Positions 1-7,295 of a DNA stretch of 20,000 nt are shown here, piece by piece. The number at the start of each line of letters is the position of its first letter. Position 1 is the stretch's first letter. Location: assembly GCF_004010195.1 (NCBI RefSeq), contig NC_057719.1, positions 26,190,227-26,210,226 on the forward strand, in the 5' to 3' direction. The notes beneath the pieces were generated by a model, which saw nothing but the letters and a program-made list of their open reading frames with translations, was not told the DNA's origin and ran no database searches. A program made the translations under genes and the position numbers. Origin of the DNA: Chiloscyllium plagiosum (taxonomy: Eukaryota).

Positions 1-430
1 TGTCTGCACCATTTGAGGCAATAGATAAATTTGCAATTAAGTTGTGTCAGATTGCAACAGAGTTCGGTGAACAATTATTTATGACAAATTCAACATTTGT
101 GGTTAAGGTGATTGAAAAAGAATAAGTTCATCCAAAATCCAGCCTTTGAACCATAAATCCCCTGGGGCTAGTGTGCTGCCAACTGTCTTTGTGGTAATGT
201 AGGTCATGTTCATGTAACCTGTAAATAGCTCCTGTAATGCAATAAACTTGATCTTGTTTACTCAACATGACTCTTCTAGTTAGACCTAATCCACATGAGA
301 CCACTTCAGGCTTGAAGGAACCCACACACAAGACACTTGGCCACAGTTCTGAAATAATAACCACCAAAGTAACATTTCAAATCAACAGCATCAATTAAAT
401 CATGACATGTTGCATACAAGATCACCCTTG

Positions 431-454
431 CACATCCCTTTATTTTTGTTTTCT
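431..454 (-). other. Candidate polypurine tract and start of a 3' LTR of the Gypsy relic
   Basis: Minus strand reads AGAAAACAAAAATAAAGGGA|TGTG shortly after a pol-end-like peptide. A purine tract followed by TG is the usual PPT/LTR junction. No matching second LTR was found. Confidence 0.3.
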
Positions 455-482
455 ATGTGCCATACATCGCGCTCTTTCACAG

Positions 483-820
483 ATCTAAGCAGGTGGTTGT
501 GTATAACTAGTTGAAAGCTCCTGACTTCTTGTATAAGGTGACAATTCCCTAGTTTTGGACTGCATCAGCCTCAGCTTGTGCAGCTTCAGTCTGTGTTGTC
601 TGGCTGACCGGCCACAATAAGGATGGAGTGGCAGTGATGGGAAGATTATTACTGCCATCCTGAGAGAGGACAACAGAGTCACTGACATTTCCTTGGAGTG
701 TTGCCTGAGCTGCCCAGTACAGTTTTGCATAGATGAGAAACTCTGAAAAGTATAGAATTAGAGATCCATTATTTGAGATGGTCTTTTGTAGGCTGTACCA
801 ATGGAGTGTCACTTATTGAG
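483..820 (-). pseudogene. Gypsy relic: protease continuation and possible pol C-terminal end
   Basis: Manual minus-strand translation with frameshifts gives LVQPTK...NNGSLILY, continuing the protease region. It later gives YTRSQ...QPPA followed by LDL* in a shifted frame, resembling the TRSGR..PP..LDL end of Gypsy pol. No RT, RNase H or integrase motifs lie between them. Confidence 0.45.
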
Positions 821-828
821 GTGTGTGT

Positions 829-883
829 TGAGTGGCATGGGCAAGTTGGGTCGAAGGGCCTGCTTTCATGCTGCAGACTTCTA
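829..883 (+). mobile_element. HER1/CR1 LINE 3'-tail fragment inserted in the Gypsy relic
   Basis: GGCATGGGCAAGTTGGGTCGAAGGGCCTGCTTTCATGCTG resembles the 3' tails of the CR1 copies at 5308-5367 and 11220-11288. Confidence 0.75.
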
Positions 884-1357
884 GGACATGTTTTTCAGGA
901 TATGCAGCTGTTATACATTGCTAATATATAGCTCCCTTGTTTATTTCAGCTTTTATTGTGTGCTGCTCTGTCTTTTCATCACGTATGATTTTAATGGTTG
1001 TAGAAGTTTCTGATCACCCTATAACACTGACTTTTTATATAAAGTTAACAAGGAAAACATTGTCATCTTCTGAAATTTACCTTTTGTTATCTCTGAATAG
1101 CATTGATGTGTTTAAGTTCTGCACCTTCTTAGCCCTTCCCTTGTTGCCAGCATGATGGTGCTGTTGGTCACCTATGTTTTGTTCTGACATCTGGCTTGGC
1201 TTTTGGATCTAGATTTCCTGCATCTGGGTAATCAGTGATCCCAGGTATAACAAGCTATACAGAGATCAAGAAATGCTAGACAGTTTTTGGATAGGTGTGA
1301 CAAACAGCAACCATTAGAAATTTTATAGGTTTGGTACATTTTGCTAACCACAACAAT
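884..1357 (-). pseudogene. Ty3/Gypsy relic: Gag zinc-knuckle region and aspartic protease (decayed)
   Basis: Minus-strand translation SNGCCLSHLSKNCLAFLDLCIACYTWDH*LPRCRK (about 1214-1318) fits the Gypsy Gag pattern C..CG..H....CPA....C..C....HW...CR. TTIKII...HTIKAEINKGA (motif at 930-947) and NV*QLHILKNM fit a decayed K(I/L)DTGA..NVLP protease site. Confidence 0.75.
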
Positions 1358-1378
1358 ATTGGCCATGCTAGTGTGGCT

Positions 1379-1460
1379 GGTAGTGTGGCCGAGCGGTCTA
1401 AGGTGCTGGATTAAGGCTCCAGTCTCGACAGGGGCGTGGGTTCGAATCCCACCGCTGCCA
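1379..1460 (+). tRNA. tRNA-Leu, anticodon AAG (82 nt, long variable arm, no encoded CCA); probably a retroposed copy
   Basis: GGTAGTGTGGCCGAGCGGTCTAAGGTGCTGGATTAAGGCTCCAGTCTCGACAGGGGCGTGGGTTCGAATCCCACCGCTGCCA. Acceptor stem GGTAGTG/CGCTGCC, anticodon stem CTGGA/TCCAG, anticodon AAG at 1413-1415, T arm GTGGG-TTCGAAT-CCCAC. A and B boxes are intact. Confidence 0.95.
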
Positions 1461-1666
1461 TTTCTGCTGATCAACTTCAACGACGCAGCTTGTTAAAATG
1501 CTGTTTCAATCCCCGCTGTATTGATGTTTAAAACAGAAGCAAAATGCGTTTGCTTCGCGGGGAATTAACTGTGGTGTGGGAAAGTGCGGAAATTTCGAAA
1601 GTGTCTGTGCTGTCATGATCGTGTTCGCCTCCCGCGCGGAAAATCGCAAGCAGTTCTACTGTTATT

Positions 1667-1968
1667 GCGGCATGGTGGCACAGTGGTTAGCACTGCTGCC
1701 TCACAGCGCCAGAGACCCGGTTTCAATTCCCGCCTCAGGCGACTGACTGTGTGGAGTTTGCACGTTCTCCCCGTGTCTGCGTGGGTTTCCTCCCACAGTC
1801 CAAAGATGTGCAGGGTCAGGTGAATTGGCCATACTAAATTGCCCGTAGTGTTAGGTAAGGGGTAAATGTAGGGGTATGGGTGGGGTTCGCTTCGGCGGGT
1901 CGGTGTGGACTTGTTGGGCCGAAGGGCCTGTTTCCACACTGTAATCTAATCTAATCTAATCTAATCTA
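1667..1968 (+). mobile_element. HE1-type tRNA-derived SINE, near full length
   Basis: Head GCGGCATGGTGGCACAGTGGTTAGCACTGCTGCCTCACAGCGCCAGAGACCCGG, central TGTGTGGAGTTTGCAC core, LINE-like tail GGGCCGAAGGGCCTGTTTCCACACTG and (TAATC)n. Closely matches the copy at 4985-5299 apart from a 19-nt deletion and a variant 3' region. Confidence 0.93.
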
Positions 1969-1969
1969 A
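1942..1969 (+). repeat. (TAATC)n SINE tail microsatellite
   Basis: TAATCTAATCTAATCTAATCTAATCTAA read directly. Confidence 0.95.
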
Positions 1970-2093
1970 ATTGCTTGTAGTGTTAGGTGAAGGGGTAAAC
2001 ATAGGGGAATGGGTCTGGGTAGGTTGTGCTTCGGTGGGTCGGTGTGGACTTGTTGGGCTGAAGGGCCTGTTTCCACACTGTAAGTAATCTAAT

Positions 2094-2636
2094 GGTGTTG
2101 GCTGTATCTAAAGCATTTAATTGCTGTTGCCCTGCCACTATGACTTCACATTTACACCGATCCTCAAGAAACGGGTTAGTCGTACGGCCATTTATCTTGT
2201 CCACAAGAATCTTCCTAAAGGCTCTACTTTGTAATGATGACTAACCTGATGAGCCTTTTTCACAATTCCTCTTCAGAAAAGTCACACAAATGTCCTTTGT
2301 GCTTGGCATCTTCAGAACAAACTGGCCAGTGGACTCTTGGAGCACTGTCTGTATGACATGAGTTAGAGTCCATTAATCTTGAAGTTAATTCTGACGTTGA
2401 GCTGATCTTCAAGAACCTTACAAATCTTTTCTGGATCTTTCTAATTGACCATGTAAAAATCTGATGTGTTAACTCTGTGAAGTCTCTCCTTGCCAGTGAC
2501 AAGCAAGACATTTAGGCCTATTTTCTCAAGATTATCTATCCCCTGATCTATGAAGTAGAACTGCACGCCTTGATTGCACAGTTGTAGGCAGCAAGCATGT
2601 CACTGGATGCCTGGTCCATAATGAGGTTTCTGTCAT
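2094..2636 (-). pseudogene. Ty3/Gypsy Gag N-terminal and capsid-like region (decayed)
   Basis: Manual translation across stops and frameshifts: MDQASSDMLAAY../VQFYFIDQGIDNLEKIGLNVLLVTGKERL..KDPEKICKVLEDQLNVRINFKINGL*LMSYRQ/QESTGQFV../KGHLCDFSEEEL*KRLIRLVI/AFRKILVDK..EVIVAGQQQLNALDTANTI. This follows the Gypsy Gag pattern R.Q...ES..QF..R....A..C.F. Confidence 0.75.
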
Positions 2637-3000
2637 CTGTGGTCCTCCATTAAAAATATTGTACTGTGCCACCTTAAGCGATGTGACCCTGATTTTGTGT
2701 CAGCTTAAAACTTTATTTTCCAAGAACATAAACTTCGCAGCTCCTGTTCTGAGAAACTGTTACTTATAAGGATTAGGGCATCCTGGCTTCCAGCTTCTGT
2801 ACTGTATTGCACTGATATTGTGTCCCAACTCATGAATGCACCTCAGCCTTTTTAACATTTATTTTGTTCTGAAAGAACTTACATTCTAATCAAAAATAAA
2901 TTTGTTTTCATTTCTTCCTGGTTAATACCCTATCTACAGATCTTTCCAGCTGTCCATCTTCAAAGAAACTGGTCCTGGTGTTGGATGAGAAATTCTCTTT

Positions 3001-3797
3001 TAGAAAAATACAGCACAGTACAGGCCCTTTGGCCCTCGATGTTGCGCCGATCCAAGCTCACCTAACCTATGCTAGCCCACTATCTTCCATATGCCTATCC
3101 AATGCCCGTTTAAATGTCCGTAAAGAAGGAGTGTCCACCACTGCTACCGGCAGGGCATTCCATGAACTCACGACTCGCTGAGTAAAGAATCTACCCCTAA
3201 CATCTGTCCTATACCTACCACCCCTTAATTTAAAGCTATGCCCCCTCGTAATAGCTGACTCCACACGTGGAAAAAGGTTCTCACGGTCAACCCTNNNNNN
3301 NNNNNNNNNNNNNNNNNNNNNNNNNNNNNNNNNNNNNNNNNNNNNNNNNNNNNNNNNNNNNNNNNNNNNNNNNNNNNNNNNNNNNNNNNNNNNNNNNNNN
3401 NNNNNNNNNNNNNNNNNNNNNNNNNNNNNNNNNNNNNNNNNNNNNNNNNNNNNNNNNNNNNNNNNNNNNNNNNNNNNNNNNNNNNNNNNNNNNNNNNNNN
3501 NNNNNNNNNNNNNNNNNNNNNNNNNNNNNNNNNNNNNNNNNNNNNNNNNNNNNNNNNNNNNNNNNNNNNNNNNNNNNNNNNNNNNNNNNNNNNNNNNNNN
3601 NNNNNNNNNNNNNNNNNNNNNNNNNNNNNNNNNNNNNNNNNNNNNNNNNNNNNNNNTTAGCTACATTGAACTCCATTTGCCACCTTTCTGCCCAGTTCTG
3701 CAGCTTATCTATATCCAGCTGTAACCTGACACATCCTTCCTCACTGTCAACAACTCCACCGACTTTCGTATCATCCGCAAACTTGCTCACCCAACCA
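3001..3797 (-). mobile_element. CR1/HER1 LINE 3' fragment (RT C-terminus and tail), interrupted by an assembly gap
   Basis: ORFs WVSKFADDTKVGGVVDSEEGC..WQMEFN and TRGHSFKLRGGRYRTDVRGRFFTQRVV. The 3001-3294 part is near-identical to about 15520-15815. Confidence 0.95.
3295..3656. other. Assembly gap (362 N)
   Basis: Run of N. Confidence 1.
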
Positions 3798-4029
3798 AGT
3801 TTCTCTGAATTCTCTGTTGTTTGGTTGGTCTGCAAATCCATTTTAAAATTTCTGCAAACAAATTACCTCAGGCTTTCCAAGATGACCACCATTTGCGTGG
3901 GTTTACCTCCCACAGTATGTTTGTGGGAGTGCTGATGTCAGTGCTTAGGTTATCTCCTGTAACAGAAGGAACTGGAATGTAATTATTATGTACATTCCTC
4001 AGGCACATGATGTCTAAGCTAACAAAATG

Positions 4030-4184
4030 CATCTGTATGGATACATGGTTAGGAAAGGCTTAGAGGGATATGGGCCAAATGCTGGCAAATGAAACTGGAT
4101 TAATTTGGGATAACTGGTCGGCATGGACAGGTGGACCGAAGGGTCTAATTTTGTCCTGCACAACTCCATGACTGTGTGGCTCTA
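4030..4184 (+). mobile_element. CR1/HER1 3'-end fragment
   Basis: GGATACATGGTTAGGAAAGGCTTAGAGGGATATGGGCC...GGTCGGCATGGAC..GGACCGAAGGGTCT matches the 3' ends of other copies in the window. Confidence 0.88.
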
Positions 4185-4489
4185 TTAAGCTACCAATTTA
4201 CAACAGAGGAGCATACTTCCCATAGGGAGCCATGCCTCAAGTAAATTTGAGACAAGATGGACGATAAGGTCTTTATACCCTCAGGTCACAAGCCAGGATG
4301 ATACCTCTTATAGCCATATTGACACATTGACACTAAGACATCACACAACAGGTTATAATTAATGTAACAGCAGGACTGCCTACACACTTCCAGTAAGGTG
4401 GCAGTGAAGAAGGGCTTCTGAACCTGGGGACCCTCTGCTCCATCCACTTTTCTATTCGTTCCACTTTTTTTCCTTTTTTTCCCTTTTAG

Positions 4490-5367
4490 TACAATGGTAA
4501 AGTCCTGGGGAGTGTTGCTGAACAAAGAGACACTGGAGTGCAGGTAGATAGGATGGTGAAGAAGGCGTTTGGTATGCTTTCTTTTATTGGTCAGAGTATT
4601 GAGTACAGGAGTTTGGATGAGCTCTAGGGAGAGGCTGAACAGGCTGGGGCTGTTTTCTCTGGAGCGTTGGAGGTTGAGGGGTGATTTTATAGAGGTTTAC
4701 AAAATCATGAGGGGCATGGACGGGATAAATAGACAAAGTCTTTTCCCTGGGGTCGGTGAGTCCAGAACTAGAGAGCATAGGTTTAGGGTGAGTGGGCAAA
4801 GATATAAAAGAGACCTAAGGGGCAACATATTCACACAGAGGGTGGTACGTGTATGGAATGAGCTGCCACAGGAAGTGGATTGAGCCTGGTACAATTGCAA
4901 CATTTGAAAGGCTTTTGGATGGGCATATGAGTAGAAAGGGTTTAGAGGGATATGGGCCGTGTGCTGGCAGATGGGACTAGATTGGGTCGGCACGGTGGCA
5001 CAGTGGTTAGCACTGCTGCCTCACAGCGCCAGAGACCCGGGTTCAACTCCTGCCTCAGGCAACTCTCTGTGTGGAGTTTGCACATTCTCCCCGTGTCTGC
5101 GTGGGTTTCCTCCGGGTACTCCGGTTTCCTCCCACAATCCAAAAATGCGCAGGTTAGGTGAATTGGCCATGCTAAATTGCCCGTAGTGTTAGGTGAAGGG
5201 GTAAATGTAGGAGTATAGGTCTGGGTGGTATACGCTTCGCCGGGTCGGTGTGGACTTGTTGGGCCGAAGGGCCTGTTTCCACACTGTAAGTAATCTAATA
5301 TCTGCTTGGCATGGACGGGTTGGACCGAAGAGTCTGTTTCCATGCTGTACATCTCTATGACTCTATG
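4490..5367 (+). mobile_element. CR1/HER1 3' fragment with internal deletions, interrupted by an HE1 SINE
   Basis: ORF RERLNRLGLFSLERWRLRGDFIEVYKIMRG..SRTREHRF..FTQRVVRVWNELP. It ends in CTCTATGACTCTATG and is collinear with 10785-11288. Confidence 0.95.
4985..5299 (+). mobile_element. HE1-type SINE, full length
   Basis: A box TGGCACAGTGG, B box GGTTCAACTCC, central core and tail ...CCACACTGTAAGTAATCTAAT. The LINE 3' UTR resumes on the far side. Confidence 0.95.
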
Positions 5368-5399
5368 ATCTCTTGTTGAAGAACTGGGTTGTGGCAATG

Positions 5400-6046
5400 G
5401 CATCAGCGGTGGTGAGAGAGCCTAACCCAGACACCAGTGGGCCCAGAACAAACACATTGCAGTGATGTTGAAAGTGGGGTTTGGTTTTCCGGTGTCTGCT
5501 GCAGCGACATGGCAGTCCTAGCACCACTCTCGAGTGCTCCGGTGAGGGCGTTTGGATTTATGGTGACATCTGCATCCAGCGCAGGCTCATGGAGGCAGCG
5601 GCGGAGGTGAGCTTGGGTCCAGGACAAGACCTGGCAGCATTAGGAGCAGCTGCATCAGCGAGGTGGGTCTGAAGGGACTCATGGCGGAGTGGAGTTTGGG
5701 ATGGTGTGGTACTGGTTGGCCTAGGTGGGGTTTGCATGGTCAAGGTCCAGCAATGACATTGGTGGTGGTGAGATGACACCGAAGAGTCGTGCCTTTCATT
5801 CCAATGGCGGCAGTGTGGCAAAGGGGACTCTGGCATGTCCACTATGCCCATGGCCCTTGGCACAGCACGTAACAAGAAGGACTGTAAATTTGAATACTTT
5901 TTCTTTATTGTTTCTGCCTGTATATTCTATATGTTGGTTTATTTTCCTGTATTCGAAGATGGCGCCAGAGAGTGGCGACACTCTGCAACACTTTTCACGG
6001 TGTTTTGTAATAAAATACACGTGACAATAAATAAATCAAATCAAAC
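5400..6046 (+). mobile_element. Unclassified retroposon-like segment ending in a short-repeat tail; 5' boundary uncertain
   Basis: G-rich body followed by ...ATACACGTGACAATAAATAAATCAAATCAAA, a LINE/SINE-like 3' end with AATAAA and short repeats. Confidence 0.4.
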
Positions 6047-6609
6047 CAAAAACCCAGACAAATAGCAAGATAACCTTCCTGCTCAAGTAGAATATGGTTT
6101 ATTTTGTATGCCTGCTTTATTTACTTAATTTTTGTCTGACTTTATGTGAAACACAATAAGAAATGTTTATTGACATTTTTGATTCAAAAATACAGAATTG
6201 CTTCTTGCAGCAGATTGTTCCAGTCCACCAAATCTAATTAGTGTAGTTACTGTAATGGAAATTAGACACAGTTATAGGAGGGGGAGTAAAAGAGATGGTA
6301 CCAGAAATGATATCCTAAATCTGACATCTGAAAAAAATGTAAATCATGACAAAGCTTGGAGATATATTATCCAAATCATTATATTGTGACATTTAATTAG
6401 AAAGTTAACTCTGAGCACCAAGATAATGTTTCAAATCTGGAGTTATTAAAAGAAGATGGATTTTTGGTATCATGTTCAATTACATTTTCTTCATGAATGA
6501 AAATGATTTTTTTTTCTGGAAATTTTGGCCAGAGATAATTCTGTGGTGAATTTTAGCTCTTTGACCTTCATTATGTGAATAACATAGACAGGGCAAAGGA
6601 AAGCAGGAG

Positions 6610-6704
6610 CAAATTACTACAGATGCTGGAATCTGAACTGAAAATAAAATATTCTGAACATCAGAGCAGGTCAGGTGGCACTCATGGGGAGAAAGTGAGC
6701 TAAC
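6610..6704 (-). mobile_element. Inverted terminal segment of a Penelope-like element
   Basis: ACTGAAAATAAAAT..TCAGAGCAGGTCAGGTGGCACTCATGGGGAGAAAGTGAGCTAAC is a diverged reverse complement of about 7952-8028. Confidence 0.7.
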
Positions 6705-7295
6705 TTTTTTGATTTCAAAAATATACTTTATTCATAGAAAATAAATCTTTGGTACATAGTCAAAGGTGTTTTTTCTTCACAAATTTCTTCACAAGGGGCA
6801 GGTGATACGGAACGGTCCAACTATTTGAAGCGTACCACAGCAACGAGGCCAGGCTCATCTTTCCCAAAACCGGGGACAAGTAGAACCTCAGTACGTAGTG
6901 ACACTTGGTGTTTGCGTACCGGGGAACCACACACAGCTTGATGCAGCCACACACAAAGGTAGCCATCAGGGTGAGGGTAGCATTGGGTGTGTTTTTTCTC
7001 CCCCTTTCTCCAGATCTTTATACATGGTATCTCTTCAGACACGGTCCATCTTTGATCTCCACATGAAGTGGAAGATTGCACCACTGGCTGCGGCAGCGCA
7101 GGTTCGGGGGATAGGCCAGACCTGTGCCGTGTACAACAACACAGAGAATACCTCACACCAGAATACCAGGCTTTTACCTGTGATGGAGAGTGACCATTGC
7201 TTCCATCTGGCCAGTTTCTGCCTCGTTTTGGTGACACGCTCCTCCCAAGTCTTGGTGCACGCCCCAGCCCCTCCAAACAAAATACTCAGCACCTT
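6705..7295 (-). mobile_element. Tx1/L1-clade LINE ORF2 fragment (post-RT region) with 3' end and short poly(A)
   Basis: Translation KVLSILFGG..WEERVTKTRQKLARWKQWSLSITGKSLV..LLYTAQVWP..IFHFMWRSKMDRV..MATFVCGCIKLCV..CHYVLRFYLSPVL. AATAAA lies at 6727-6732 (minus) and A6 at 6705-6710. Confidence 0.88.

Larger units (their letters stand above)
1358..2093 (+). mobile_element. Older 5'-truncated HE1-type SINE, split into 1358-1370 and 1969-2093
   Basis: ATTGGCCATGCTA (1358-1370) joined to AATTGCTTGTAGTGTTAGGTGAAGGGG... (from 1969) rebuilds the SINE 3' half seen intact at 5162-5299. It is flanked by AAT at 1355-1357 and 2091-2093. Confidence 0.85.

Noticed and set aside
1367..1390. Apparent tandem duplication of the tRNA 5' end (GCTAGTGTGGCT / GGTAGTGTGGCC), suggesting a tRNA-targeting element such as a Dada transposon
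   Set aside because: GCTA (1367-1370) belongs to the split older SINE, the tRNA is uninterrupted, and no transposase was seen. The remaining GTGTGGC match may be the natural leader or a small RT template jump; I cannot distinguish these.
1352..2105. Possible 15-bp diverged target-site duplication (AACAATATTGGCCAT at 1352-1366 versus AATGGTGTTGGCTGT at 2091-2105)
   Set aside because: Only 9 of 15 positions match. A simpler reading (3-bp AAT duplication plus SINE sequence from 1358) restores both the SINE and the gag frame exactly.
1584..2204. ORFs 1584..1823, 1613..1939 and similar ORFs at 4942-5403 and 11580-11833
   Set aside because: They are translations of SINE sequence on either strand, not genes.
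2800..3000. Possible primer-binding site and 5' LTR upstream of gag
   Set aside because: No convincing TGG-starting tRNA-complementary site, and no visible similarity to the candidate LTR at 1-434.
3267..3935. Longest ORFs in the track (222 aa and 184 aa)
   Set aside because: Their length comes from the 362-N gap; the real residues are a CR1 RT fragment and its antisense.
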